Shown piece by piece: positions 40,006-50,742 of a stretch of 64,000 bases of DNA. The first letter of the stretch is position 1. The number at the start of each line of letters is the position of its first letter. The stretch spans positions 2,080,001 to 2,144,000 of the forward strand of contig CAXXWQ010000004.1 in assembly GCA_963674945.2 (NCBI GenBank), given 5' to 3'. The notes beneath the pieces were generated by a model, which saw nothing but the letters and a program-made list of their open reading frames with translations, did not search any database and was not told the origin of the DNA. The DNA comes from an uncultured Desulfosarcina sp. (GTDB lineage: Bacteria; Desulfobacterota; Desulfobacteria; Desulfobacterales; Desulfosarcinaceae). A program made the translations under genes and the position numbers.

Positions 40006-40036
40006 ACCAAACGAACAATGGATGGAGAATTGAACC

Positions 40037-41200
40037 TTGCCACATGAACTGACCATCCCCATGGCAATTCAACTGGTTATCGAAGACGTCGGCTGGTGGG
40101 ATAGATCTCACCCGGTCGGCCCCAACGATCCATTTCGCTCGGGTCTGCACCGTCGACACCACCCCAAGGATTATGCCGCGTTGGTCCATCTGGCCAAGGG
40201 ACTGGGCATGCGTCCCCTGATCGCCTTCGTTGCCTGCGAATGGGATCGCACCAATCTTTTAAAACAGATCCCCTCCGCCACCTGGATGGGGTCCAACTGG
40301 GACAACCGCCACAACGTCGGCCCCTGGCTGGATGAGGCCGCAGAAATTCTGAATGCCAATCGCGCACACCTGGAAATCGGCCTTCACGGCGTTGGGCACG
40401 AGTACTGGGACAAAGGCCGGCGTTCCCGCACCGAATTCCATACACCCGAGGGCGAAATGCGCCCCAAAGAGCATATCCAGCGCCACCTGGAGGCTTTCGG
40501 GGCGATCCTGGAACAAAACGGCCTGGACGCCTTCCCGCGCGCCTTTGTTCCGCCGGGCCTGAATCACAGTTTCGGCAATGGCGAAAGCGGTATCCACCCG
40601 CTCCTGAACCGGTTCGGAATCTGCCAGGTCACCACAAACCTGTCCAAGGCCAAAATGCACCGTCCCGCCCAGATGCCTAACATGGCCTGGGAATCGGGGG
40701 TGCTGCTCATCGAACGCGGCCCCGCACCGGTACCGTGGCACACGCCGGCAACAACACCGGAATTCAGCTTCGACCGGCCCGTTTTAAGCCTTCACTGGGC
40801 CAACCTGCTTCACGAGGATACCCGACGCAACCTGGAGATCATCCAAAATTGGGTAGCGTTCATCGATGCCGGGTATGATCGGCTGGAACAGACGCTGGCA
40901 AAGGACACGACCACCTGCTGGTCCCAGTTCGCGTACCGCACCCTAAGCCCCATCCGGCGCTCGGGGCAGGCCTTTGGCATCGACCTCAGCCAGCTGCGGC
41001 GTCTGCCCCAAAAGGCAATTCAACCCTTCTTTTATCTGAATGTACGCAGTCGGAAACCCATGAGATGGCAGATTGAAGGCGGAAAGATGGAAACACGGAA
41101 AAATCCGCACAAAACCGTTCAATCCTTCACCATCCGGCCGGACGAGGGCAGAGACGAAATCCGACTGACCCCATCGGAAAAGAATGGCCGGTTGAGGTGA
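40037..41200 (+). CDS. Hypothetical protein, polysaccharide-deacetylase-like fold
   Basis: IEDVGW, EIGLHGVGHE, FVPP, LHWAN. Confidence 0.65.
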   Translation: MPHELTIPMAIQLVIEDVGWWDRSHPVGPNDPFRSGLHRRHHPKDYAALVHLAKGLGMRPLIAFVACEWDRTNLLKQIPSATWMGSNWDNRHNVGPWLDEAAEILNANRAHLEIGLHGVGHEYWDKGRRSRTEFHTPEGEMRPKEHIQRHLEAFGAILEQNGLDAFPRAFVPPGLNHSFGNGESGIHPLLNRFGICQVTTNLSKAKMHRPAQMPNMAWESGVLLIERGPAPVPWHTPATTPEFSFDRPVLSLHWANLLHEDTRRNLEIIQNWVAFIDAGYDRLEQTLAKDTTTCWSQFAYRTLSPIRRSGQAFGIDLSQLRRLPQKAIQPFFYLNVRSRKPMRWQIEGGKMETRKNPHKTVQSFTIRPDEGRDEIRLTPSEKNGRLR

Positions 41201-41338
41201 TTTCAAAATGTTCAATCGGGCTTAAGATTAAGGCGGGGGTAAGGTGACCAACCGAAGACAACCATTTAGTATTTCGAGGATTGGGCAGCTCGCCCCAACG
41301 CCGATATTGAGCCCGAGGGGACGTTTTGAAATTGCCTC
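41194..41338 (-). mobile_element. MITE-like repeat, copy A (internally shortened)
   Basis: Its reverse complement aligns with 50742-50913; ends GAGGTGATTTCAAAA...TTTTGAAATTGCCTC. Confidence 0.8.
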
Positions 41339-41354
41339 GGTTAGCCGATTTTCG

Positions 41355-42626
41355 TTACACCATCAGGTTCATCAGCTTGCTGTGCAGCACCTCGTAGGAA
41401 TAGAACTGTTTGGCGAGCCGGTAATTGGTATCCACCATCTTCTGCCGCGACGATTCATCTTCCAACAACGCACGGGTCTGGGCAACGGCTTCATCGGTCA
41501 CATACCCGTCGATTTCAACCGCTTTAAACCCTTTGGGTTTGATATCGAAGGTATAGATGGAGTAGCAATTGACCAGGATCGGCTTTTTAAAATAGACCGC
41601 CTCCAGAAAGGCATTGCCGAATCCCTCGATGGAGGAGGGATAGGTGATGAAATCGGCGTGATGATAGATGTCGTCCAGGGTGTATACCTTGCGTCCGTCC
41701 GCGGTGGTGTCGCGTCGGTCGTTGATGATGTCCGAGACGAACAGGGTGTCGACCCCCATTCGCTTAGAATAGTCGATGAGCCGTTGTTCATAGTCATGGC
41801 CCTCATCACCGGAGGCGTGGGAGATGACCAGACGGGACTTGATGCCGAGACGACTGACCAGTTCAATGGCATTCTCGATCCCTTTTCTCTTGACGACGCG
41901 GGTGGGTTGAAGAATCAATTTCTCATCCGCCGCCAGTCCCAGTGCCTGGCGAACGTCGCCGGCATATTCATCGGGTGGCGGCGGCGGGTTTTCGAAATCC
42001 ATGACGTTGGGAATAATGGTACTCGAGATGCCGGTACGCAAGGATAGCTGATTGGAAGCCGCCGAATTGATCACCACATGCCGGATGGTCGGCAAATGGG
42101 GGGGGAATGCCATATTGAGGTAGTCCCAGACCGAATTGGTCTTGAACTGTCGGCGCTCCCAGAAGAAATCGTGATGATGGGCGATGCAGGGCAGCCCGGT
42201 TTCGGCAAGAAGTTCGGTAATGGCAAGCCCCAAGGGAATGTTGAGGGGGATGGTCAGGGCATTTTCGGGAACCAGCAGATCGATGTTGAACTTGTCAATA
42301 AAATCGTATAGTTGATCCTTCAGCAACTCTTTGATGTCGTGAATCTGATTCGTCACCGCCCGACTGCGCGCCCTCTGGGAGGTACCCTCGAACACTGCGT
42401 TGAAGATATCCCTGATCTCCGGATCCATGAAATGGGCCTTTTCCGACAGATAGGAGCACTTGCGATCACGATCCAGTTCACCGGCGAAGTAAAAGCAATC
42501 GAACCTCTCCTTTTCAAAGACGCGCGCCCATTTTTCCGTCTCCAGGGAAACGCCGTCGGTTCCGGCAATACGGGTGGAAATAAAGCCGATATGATGCACC
42601 TTGTCGAAGGGAATGTACATAACCAC
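41355..42626 (-). CDS. GT4 glycosyltransferase, MggA (mannosylglucosyl-3-phosphoglycerate synthase)-like
   Basis: GTDGVSLE..KW, HHHDFFWER, QPTRVVKRKGIE, EGFGNAFLEA. Confidence 0.85.
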   Translation of the reverse strand: MVMYIPFDKVHHIGFISTRIAGTDGVSLETEKWARVFEKERFDCFYFAGELDRDRKCSYLSEKAHFMDPEIRDIFNAVFEGTSQRARSRAVTNQIHDIKELLKDQLYDFIDKFNIDLLVPENALTIPLNIPLGLAITELLAETGLPCIAHHHDFFWERRQFKTNSVWDYLNMAFPPHLPTIRHVVINSAASNQLSLRTGISSTIIPNVMDFENPPPPPDEYAGDVRQALGLAADEKLILQPTRVVKRKGIENAIELVSRLGIKSRLVISHASGDEGHDYEQRLIDYSKRMGVDTLFVSDIINDRRDTTADGRKVYTLDDIYHHADFITYPSSIEGFGNAFLEAVYFKKPILVNCYSIYTFDIKPKGFKAVEIDGYVTDEAVAQTRALLEDESSRQKMVDTNYRLAKQFYSYEVLHSKLMNLMV

Positions 42627-42715
42627 ACCTCATTGGATTGATCGGGAAGGCCAATTTTCCGCTCTTTCAGTAAGACACCAAAACACCAGTAGTGTCAACG
42701 CCCAAGGAGGACAAA

Positions 42716-44407
42716 ATGAGATCGATTCTGCGGCGGATCTACGGTTCACAAAAAGGAAAAGAGGCCTTTGCCCGATTGCGCGCCCTCCTGGACGCCGTTC
42801 CCCCCGTGACGTCCAAGGTGTCCGATTCACTTTTTCACCAGCGCGATGCCGTCCTCATCACCTACGGAGACACCCTTCGCCGACGGGGCGAGCGGCCGCT
42901 CACAACCCTTCACCGATTCTGCGCCGACCACCTGCAGGGGGTCGTGTCGGGTATCCACATCCTGCCCTTTTTCCCCTATTCCTCGGACGATGGTTTCTCC
43001 ATCACCGACTTTTCATCGGTGCGACCCGACTTGGGGGATTGGGGGGACATCATTTCCATTGGCCATGATTTCAAACTGATGGTCGATCTGGTAGCCAACC
43101 ATGTATCTGCCCAGAGCCGGTGGTTCGAGGCATACCTGGCCGAACGCGAGGGATTCGACCGGCTGGCCATCGAAGTGGATCCGAAAACCGATCTATCCGC
43201 CGTAACGCGTCCACGAGCCTTACCGCTGTTGACTGTCTTCGAGAAGCGTTCCGGACGACGGGTATCGGTCTGGACCACCTTCAGTGCCGATCAGGTGGAT
43301 CTCAATTACGAAAGCCTGGACGTACTCGAGATGATGGTTCGCACATTGCTGCTGTATATTTCCAATGGGGCTTGCCTCATCCGCCTGGACGCCATCGCCT
43401 ACCTGTGGAAAACCATCGGAACGAAGTGTATCCACCTGCCCGAGACCCATGACATGGTCCGGCTGTTCCGTAAAGTGCTGGATCTTCGGGCTCCCCACGC
43501 GTCACTGGTCACCGAGACCAATGTTCCCCATGAGGAAAATATCGGCTATTTCGGCGATGGTACCGACGAAGCCCAGATGGTCTATAACTTCACCCTCCCC
43601 CCGCTGCTTCTCCACGCCCTTTGCAGGCAAAACGCAAAACGGTTTTCCCAATGGGTACAAACGCTGCGGACACCATCGCCGCGTACTACGTTTTTCAATT
43701 TCACTGCCTCCCACGACGGCATCGGGGTGCGACCGCTGGAGGGGATCCTTCCATCGTCGGAAATCGGATGGCTGGCCGAACGGGTCCGTAAAAACGGCGG
43801 GATGGTCTCCGAAAAAAACAATCCCGATGGTTCCACCAGTCCCTATGAACTCAATATCACCTACCTGGACGCCCTGAAAGACCCGGCACGCTCTCCTGAT
43901 CCGCTGCACATCCCCCGATTCCTGGCATCCCAGGCCGCTGCGCTGGCCCTTGCGGGGGTACCCGGAATATACATCCACAGCATGCTTGGTACCACCAACT
44001 GGACGGATGGGGTTCGCATGACAGGAAGGGCGAGGACAATCAACCGTGCGCATCTGGATATGGACGAAGTACTCGAAAACGTGTCCAATCCGAACCACCG
44101 ACGGGCCCTTATTTTTTCTGTCTACCGGAAAATGCTACAAACCCGCGCCGCCCAGCCCGCGTTTCATCCACGAGCCAAGATGCGCGTCCTCGACCTGGAC
44201 CCGCGGATCTTCGGCGTACGGCGAGAATGCGATACCCAGACCCTGTATGCGCTGACCAATTTTTCGGAAAAGAACATCACCGTCTCCCTGCCCCTTGCCA
44301 GGGACGAAAACGAGTTGGTCGATCACTTGACGGGGAATCCATCGGCGGCCGGCAAAATCGTTCTGCCGGCCTACGCCACGGTCTGGCTGGACCCACACGC
44401 AAAATGA
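42716..44407 (+). CDS. GH13_18 sugar phosphorylase (glucosylglycerate phosphorylase-like)
   Basis: ITYGD, PYSSDDGF, WTTFSADQ, RLDAIAYLWK, TETN, ASHDGIG, YELN. Confidence 0.9.
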   Translation: MRSILRRIYGSQKGKEAFARLRALLDAVPPVTSKVSDSLFHQRDAVLITYGDTLRRRGERPLTTLHRFCADHLQGVVSGIHILPFFPYSSDDGFSITDFSSVRPDLGDWGDIISIGHDFKLMVDLVANHVSAQSRWFEAYLAEREGFDRLAIEVDPKTDLSAVTRPRALPLLTVFEKRSGRRVSVWTTFSADQVDLNYESLDVLEMMVRTLLLYISNGACLIRLDAIAYLWKTIGTKCIHLPETHDMVRLFRKVLDLRAPHASLVTETNVPHEENIGYFGDGTDEAQMVYNFTLPPLLLHALCRQNAKRFSQWVQTLRTPSPRTTFFNFTASHDGIGVRPLEGILPSSEIGWLAERVRKNGGMVSEKNNPDGSTSPYELNITYLDALKDPARSPDPLHIPRFLASQAAALALAGVPGIYIHSMLGTTNWTDGVRMTGRARTINRAHLDMDEVLENVSNPNHRRALIFSVYRKMLQTRAAQPAFHPRAKMRVLDLDPRIFGVRRECDTQTLYALTNFSEKNITVSLPLARDENELVDHLTGNPSAAGKIVLPAYATVWLDPHAK

Positions 44408-44686
44408 CGGGTTGCAGGAGAACTACTGTTGACAAACGCAGGCATTTTCTAAAAAATAAAGGTATACCCCGCACACGTTCCAAGAGACAGATGAATCCTT
44501 TAGACGAACGTAAGGGCACACACAAAAAATACCCCCCCATCTTGCTTGCCTTTGTGTACGTCTACGGTGTTCCCTTTGCCAGCACATATTTTTCAATATG
44601 AACCGGCATTGATGCCTTGCAGGCAAACCCGGATGCGATGCAATCTCGGGAAAATATATTTTTTGCCTGTGCGCTAATGAGATGCG

Positions 44687-46090
44687 ATGAAGGTTGCCAT
44701 CGTTCACTATCACCTGAAGACGGGTGGGGTTACCACCGTCATCGGACACCAGGTAGCGGCACTAAAGGGCCTGTGTGAAACGCTTGTGGTGACCGGTGAT
44801 GTGGCCGGAGCCCGGTTGGACTGTGATGTGGTGGAAGTTCCCGGACTGGGGTACGACCATCCGAAAAGGGCAATCCAGGAGCCGGATCAAGTCGCCGACC
44901 AGATGCTGACGGCCATCGGGACGGTCTGGACCCGAGGCGCCGACCTGATTCACATTCACAACCCGACGCTGGCCAAAAACCGCCAGTTTCTCCGGATCAT
45001 CAAATGGTTACAGAATCTGGGCATCAAACTCTTTCTGCAGGTTCACGATTTTGCCGAAGATGGCCGCCCCGACGCTTATTTTTCGGAAGCCTATCCGGCT
45101 GATTGCCATTACGGCGTGCTCAACCGTCGGGATGAAGAGATTCTCAAAGGTGCAGGCCTTTTAGAGGAGGGTCTGCACCTCGTTCCCAATGCCGTCGCAC
45201 CACTGCCCATTACAGACCGACAGGCAGTCGAAAAGCTGATGCTGTATCCGGTGCGGGCACTCCGCCGCAAGAACCTGGGGGAGGCCATCTTGCTATCCCT
45301 GTTTTTCGGCGATGACATGCGGCTTGCCATCACCCAGCCGCCCAACAGCCCGTCCGATCTTCGCCGGTATCACCAATGGGTAAAATGGGTCCGAAACCGG
45401 CGATTGCCCGTGGATTTCGCCGCCGGTCGCAACCGGAGCTTCGCCGATCTGGTGGGTGCCGCCCGCGCCATGATCACCACCAGCATCACCGAAGGGTTCG
45501 GGTTCTGTTATCTCGAGCCGTGGACCGCCGGCAAACGGGTATGGGGACGTCGGCTGGATGGCATTTGCAGCGATTTCCGGCAAAACGGAATTCATCTGGA
45601 GGGCTTGTACGGCCGCCTTGACGTTCCGCTGACCTGGTTCGACGCAAAGGAGTTATCGGCCCAATGGCAATCATCGGTCCTGCGCGCTTGCAGGGCATAC
45701 GGATATCCCATGGAGAAAAAACGTGTCGAAACGGCATTTCACCGGGTGACGGATGGTGGGCGAATCGATTTTGGCATCCTGAGCGAACCGTTCCAGCGTC
45801 GGGTGGCAGAGCGCGTACTGGAGAGTGATACCCACAAGCGGGCGTTGGTATCGCTGAATCCATGGCTCGCCGAAGCCGCCGGACCGTCGATCCCGGATGC
45901 CATCATCAACCATAACCGTAGGATGGTGGCCCGGCATTACTCGGTTTCGGCATCCGGCCAACGTCTGATGGACATCTACCGGCAAGTGATGGAAAGACCG
46001 GTTCATCACCGCATCGACAAGGCTGCCCTGTTTGCTGCATTTCTGGATCTGAACCGTTTTTCCTTGCTCAAATGGTCGACCGATGAATGA
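44687..46090 (+). CDS. GT4-like glycosyltransferase
   Basis: HYHLKTGGVTTVI, HDFAEDGRP, YPVRALRRKNLGE, EGFG...EPW. Confidence 0.82.
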   Translation: MKVAIVHYHLKTGGVTTVIGHQVAALKGLCETLVVTGDVAGARLDCDVVEVPGLGYDHPKRAIQEPDQVADQMLTAIGTVWTRGADLIHIHNPTLAKNRQFLRIIKWLQNLGIKLFLQVHDFAEDGRPDAYFSEAYPADCHYGVLNRRDEEILKGAGLLEEGLHLVPNAVAPLPITDRQAVEKLMLYPVRALRRKNLGEAILLSLFFGDDMRLAITQPPNSPSDLRRYHQWVKWVRNRRLPVDFAAGRNRSFADLVGAARAMITTSITEGFGFCYLEPWTAGKRVWGRRLDGICSDFRQNGIHLEGLYGRLDVPLTWFDAKELSAQWQSSVLRACRAYGYPMEKKRVETAFHRVTDGGRIDFGILSEPFQRRVAERVLESDTHKRALVSLNPWLAEAAGPSIPDAIINHNRRMVARHYSVSASGQRLMDIYRQVMERPVHHRIDKAALFAAFLDLNRFSLLKWSTDE

Positions 46091-46937
46091 TCTGACGCCG
46101 ATATTGAGGCGATACATCCGCCCCATGTCACCGATTCCGACGGACGTCCAACCGGTACTGGACAAGATGAGACCGTTTCCCGCCATCCTGTTCGATGTCT
46201 ACGGAACGCTTCTGATCAGTGACGCCGGCGAGATCGGCGGCCACGCCCACCCAAGGGATCGTCTATCGGAGTTATCCGATCTGTTGAACGAATATGGAAT
46301 CCAGCGATCGCCCAAGACAATCGACAAGGCCCTTTCAGCGGCCATCCGTTCGTCCCATGCCGCAGCCCGAAAGCGGGGAATCGATGTTCCCGAAGTCGAT
46401 ATCGTACAGATCTGGCGTGATGTGACCGGATCAGACGACATATCATCTGTCGTGGCATTGGCCCTGGCCCATGAACTGATCGTCAACCCGATCTTTCCAA
46501 TGCCCGGCGCCGCCGAACTGGTAACGGCCGCCAGCCGTGCAGGCACGATTGTAGGGATCATTTCCAACGCCCAGTTCTACACGCCGCTGATCCTGAAATG
46601 GGCTTTCCAAACATCATCCGGGGAATTTGGTTTCGACGAAAACTGCTGCTTTTTCTCCTATCGCGAAGGACATGCGAAACCGTCCGTGTTCATGTTCCAA
46701 AAGGCAGGCAGACGGCTGGCGGGCATGGGCATTGCGAAAGAGAAAGTGCTCTACGTGGGAAACGACATGGGAAACGACATTCTTCCCGCCAGCAGCGTGG
46801 GGTTCGTCACGGCCCTTTTCGCCGGGGATGACCGGTCCCTGCGCATGCGTGCGGACAATGAACAGGTGGCCGGGACGACGCCGGATCTGATCGTCACCGA
46901 TCTGCGTCAGCTCCTTGCGGGCATCGCAACTTCATGA
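46083..46937 (+). CDS. HAD-family hydrolase/phosphatase
   Basis: FDVYGTL, ISNAQFYT, KPS, YVGND..ND. Confidence 0.88.
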   Translation: MNDLTPILRRYIRPMSPIPTDVQPVLDKMRPFPAILFDVYGTLLISDAGEIGGHAHPRDRLSELSDLLNEYGIQRSPKTIDKALSAAIRSSHAAARKRGIDVPEVDIVQIWRDVTGSDDISSVVALALAHELIVNPIFPMPGAAELVTAASRAGTIVGIISNAQFYTPLILKWAFQTSSGEFGFDENCCFFSYREGHAKPSVFMFQKAGRRLAGMGIAKEKVLYVGNDMGNDILPASSVGFVTALFAGDDRSLRMRADNEQVAGTTPDLIVTDLRQLLAGIATS

Positions 46938-46950
46938 CCATGAGGAGGCC

Positions 46951-48123
46951 ATGGAAAAAATCCTGAATCAGTTGCCCGATTTCGTGGAGCGGGTACGCGA
47001 GATTCGCGAGATTATCATCAGCAATATCGTGCTGATCGGCCAGGTTCCGGCGCCGACCTTCAAGGAGCGGCGAAGGGCCGAGATTCTGGTCGAACGGCTG
47101 GCAGACTTCCAGGTGGACGAATGCGCCATCGATGACCATGGAAACCCGGTGGGGATCATCCGCGGGCAGGACGCCAGCAGGAGTGCCATCTTTATCGTAG
47201 CCCATCTGGACACTTTCTGCGACGTGGATACCGACACCCTTTTTACGGTGACGGACAAAACCATCAGCGGAATGGGGGTATCGGACAACTCCGCCGCCGT
47301 GGGGGTCATGGCCTCTTTGCCGGAACTGTTTCGACACATGGGCCTGATTTTCGAATCGGATATCGTCCTGACGGCGCCGATTCAATCCCTGGGACCGGGT
47401 AATTTGAAAGGAACCCGTCAACTGCTCAAGAACTGGCCGACGCCGATCCGGGGGGCCATCTGCCTGGAAAGCGTCGCGTTGGGAAGGCTGAACTACTACT
47501 CCGACGGCATGATCCGGGGAGAAATCAGCTGCAGCATTCCCTTCGAAAAAAAGTTGGGCCGCCACTATCAACCCAACGCGATCCTGATCATTCACGAAGT
47601 CATCGACGCCATTCTCAAACTCAGATTGCCCCAAAAACCACGCACCCAAATCGTCATCGGCAAGATTGCCGGCGGTTTCAACCACGGGCAAGAGGCCTAC
47701 GACGCCAGCATCGGTTTCGAAATCCGAAGTGATTCCGACCGGATGGTGAGACAATTGTACAGTGATATCAAAGACATCGTCAATGGTATCAACCAGATCC
47801 ACGCCGTGGAGCTGAAGCTGACGAGAATCAGTTACCTTTACGCCAACCAGCTCGCCTACAACCACCCATTGGTCAAATGCGCCGCCCGGATTCTGTATCG
47901 ATTGGGCGTGGAAGCCGTCAGCGAATCCAGTGAAACCGCGCTTTCCATCTTCCTGCAGAAACAGATCCCGGCAATCACCCTCGGCCTGACACGGGGAAGC
48001 CACTTCCATCAGGAGGGTGCCGTAGTGGAAATCGATCCCATGTTCAAGGGAATTGCACAGATACCGGCCCTGTTGATGGCCATAGACAGCGGGGTATGCA
48101 ATGATGAAGAAATCCTGGATTGA
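46951..48123 (+). CDS. M20/M28 peptidase-fold protein
   Basis: PAPTFKE..RA, AHLDT, GVSDNSAAV. Confidence 0.75.
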   Translation: MEKILNQLPDFVERVREIREIIISNIVLIGQVPAPTFKERRRAEILVERLADFQVDECAIDDHGNPVGIIRGQDASRSAIFIVAHLDTFCDVDTDTLFTVTDKTISGMGVSDNSAAVGVMASLPELFRHMGLIFESDIVLTAPIQSLGPGNLKGTRQLLKNWPTPIRGAICLESVALGRLNYYSDGMIRGEISCSIPFEKKLGRHYQPNAILIIHEVIDAILKLRLPQKPRTQIVIGKIAGGFNHGQEAYDASIGFEIRSDSDRMVRQLYSDIKDIVNGINQIHAVELKLTRISYLYANQLAYNHPLVKCAARILYRLGVEAVSESSETALSIFLQKQIPAITLGLTRGSHFHQEGAVVEIDPMFKGIAQIPALLMAIDSGVCNDEEILD

Positions 48124-49117
48124 AACCAATACCTTTCACCATGACGAATTCAGAGACCTCGATCGTCTGGTGGACGCCAAACGACGCAAAGACCTGACCA
48201 TCTCCCTCTGCCTTCCCACGCTTAACGAAGAGCGGACCATCGCCAAAGAGATCGTGATCATGAAATCGGAACTGATGTTCCGCTACCCACTCATCGACGA
48301 GATCGTGGTCATCGACAGCGGTTCCACCGACAATACCCGTAAAATTGCACGCACCTACGGAGTGATCGTATACCAGGCAAACGAGATCCTGCCGAACCTT
48401 GACCGCTATCGGGGCAAGGGAGAAAACCTGTGGAAAGCCCTCTACGTGGCGCGAGGCGATATCATCGTCTACATCGATGCAGACATCAAAAACATACACC
48501 ACCGGTTCGCATACGGCCTCCTCGGCCCACTGCTGCTTTCGGAAACCATTCGTTTTACCAAGGCCTTTTACGATCGTCCCATCTCCATCGGGCAGAACAA
48601 ATTACGCCCCACCGGCGGCGGTCGCGTGACCGAGTTGGTGACGCGGCCCCTTTTCTCTCTTTTCATGCCCGACCTTACCCAGTTCGTGCAGCCGCTTTCC
48701 GGTGAATATGCCGGATTTCGGGATATTTTCGAAAGCATTCCGTTCCACATCGGCTACGGTGTGGAAACCGGAATGCTCATCGATATATTCGAAAAGTACG
48801 GGCTCGATGTGATGGCCCAGGTCGATCTGGACCGACGGGTCCACAAGAATCAGGACACCAAAGCACTGGGTCGCATGGCCTTCGTGATCATCAAAACCTT
48901 TTTGAAGCGGCTGCAGGATCTCAGGCGGATGGATATAAAACAAGAAATCTTCCCTGAGATGATTCAGTTTCACCTGGCCCATGACCAGCTGGAACCCGAA
49001 ATTCATGTTCTCGAGCAGTATGAACGCCCGCCGATCATGGAAATCCAGGAGTACCGGGAAAAATTCAGATGGAGAAAACAAAAAGAAGATGAACCGGTTA
49101 AGGAAATGGTGGATTGA
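48101..49117 (+). CDS. gpgS: Glucosyl-3-phosphoglycerate synthase
   Basis: PTLNEE, DSGSTD, GKGENLW, DAD, GGGRVTEL..RP, QPLSGEYA, GYGVE. Confidence 0.9.
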   Translation: MMKKSWIETNTFHHDEFRDLDRLVDAKRRKDLTISLCLPTLNEERTIAKEIVIMKSELMFRYPLIDEIVVIDSGSTDNTRKIARTYGVIVYQANEILPNLDRYRGKGENLWKALYVARGDIIVYIDADIKNIHHRFAYGLLGPLLLSETIRFTKAFYDRPISIGQNKLRPTGGGRVTELVTRPLFSLFMPDLTQFVQPLSGEYAGFRDIFESIPFHIGYGVETGMLIDIFEKYGLDVMAQVDLDRRVHKNQDTKALGRMAFVIIKTFLKRLQDLRRMDIKQEIFPEMIQFHLAHDQLEPEIHVLEQYERPPIMEIQEYREKFRWRKQKEDEPVKEMVD

Positions 49118-49470
49118 CACACAATCATCGCTTTGCCATACTCGTTATAAAAGATCGAGTTCTCGTTCTTCATGAAACGCGACCTGCGGTGCAATGACCT
49201 TGTTGAGATGTAGTACACTTTTAAGTCCGCCTCAATGCCAGTGCCCCATGAATAAAAACCAGACAAGTGTGCAGTCATCTGCAAATTATGGACAAGCAAC
49301 ACAATCGTTTATCATTTCAAGCCGGTAAGACCAAATATGGATGGAACCATGCGTGCCTGTGCGCGGTTCGCAAATAGATCAAACAGGAAGGCTTCAATCT
49401 CTTTCCATATGAGCCGGAAGAAGATCCGATTATTTGGATGATTCATAACAAGCAAAGGAGGAAAGAAGAG

Positions 49471-50742
49471 ATGAATAGAACGCATGTTTCAATCGTACTT
49501 TTGATGTGTGCTACCATGGTTTTGGTTGTTTCGGGTACCTTTGCAGCAGATGGCATCGTCATCGGTCACCCCGCCTGCCTTTCGGGAAAATACGCAAAGG
49601 CCGGTGAACAGGCGATTGGCGGAATCAAGGCGTGTATCGACTGGGTCAATTCCAACTATGGCGGGGTGAGCCTGGGCGACAAAAAAGTTCCTCTCGAATA
49701 CAAATACTACGACTGTGAATCTTCCAAGGAACAGGTCACCAGCCTCATCGGTCGACTGATCACCGTTGATAAGGTCAACGTGGTTTTCGCCCCTTATAGT
49801 TCCGGTTTGACGCTCCGCGGTGCGCCAATCGCCGAAAGCCACAAGATGCTCTACATGGATCACGGGGGGGCCAGTAACGCAATCTTCCAGCAGGGATTTG
49901 AATATATCGTCCAGACCATCGGGCCTGGCACCAGTTATCACCAGGGAACCCTGGAGATGATAAACAAGATCGCGCCAAACGACAAAAAAGTGGCCCTGGC
50001 TTATGAAGACTCCGAATTTGCAAAAATGGTCATGCTGGGGGCGAAAGAACATGCGAAGAAACTCGGCTTCAATGTCGTTTTCGAGAGGACCTATCCCAAA
50101 GGCGTAACCGACCTGACGCCTTTGCTCTCGGCACTCAAGGCGTCCAAACCCGACTTTGTCCTGGGCGGTGGACACTTCGAGGACGGCCAACTCTTGAATC
50201 GGCAGATGGCCGATTTGGACCTCGATGTCAAAGGCCTCTCCTTGATCGCGGCGGCCACGCTGCCTGCTTTTTACGAAGCGCTGACCAGTATGGCCGAAGG
50301 GGTGATGGGTCCGTCCCACTGGGAATATGGCGTCAAATACGCCGCAACCGATGCAAAAAAGACCGGACTTCGATGGATCGGCCCCAGCCAGGATGCATTC
50401 GTGGCCCTCTTCAAAAACGCCCTGGGCAAAGATATCCTCCCGGATTATCACGCTGCAGAAGCCGGTGCCCAAGTCCTCGCCTATGTTCTCGCGGTGGAAA
50501 AGGCCAAAACAACGGATACGACCAAGGTCAGAGCGGCATTGGGCGATTTGAACTTCATGTCCTTTTACGGCGGATGGGATGTGGACGACACCGGTCTGCA
50601 GGTCGGCCACTCCATGGTGGACGTCCAGTGGCAGGACGGAAAACGGGTCATCGTATGGCCGGAGGAAGCACAAACCGGCAAGCCCTGTTATCCCATGCCG
50701 ACATTCGCGGAAAAAGCAAAGGGGAAGAAAGCATCCCCATAG
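49471..50742 (+). CDS. Branched-chain amino acid ABC transporter substrate-binding protein
   Basis: LSGKYA, APYSSGLT, QWQDGK...VWP. Confidence 0.88.
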   Translation: MNRTHVSIVLLMCATMVLVVSGTFAADGIVIGHPACLSGKYAKAGEQAIGGIKACIDWVNSNYGGVSLGDKKVPLEYKYYDCESSKEQVTSLIGRLITVDKVNVVFAPYSSGLTLRGAPIAESHKMLYMDHGGASNAIFQQGFEYIVQTIGPGTSYHQGTLEMINKIAPNDKKVALAYEDSEFAKMVMLGAKEHAKKLGFNVVFERTYPKGVTDLTPLLSALKASKPDFVLGGGHFEDGQLLNRQMADLDLDVKGLSLIAAATLPAFYEALTSMAEGVMGPSHWEYGVKYAATDAKKTGLRWIGPSQDAFVALFKNALGKDILPDYHAAEAGAQVLAYVLAVEKAKTTDTTKVRAALGDLNFMSFYGGWDVDDTGLQVGHSMVDVQWQDGKRVIVWPEEAQTGKPCYPMPTFAEKAKGKKASP

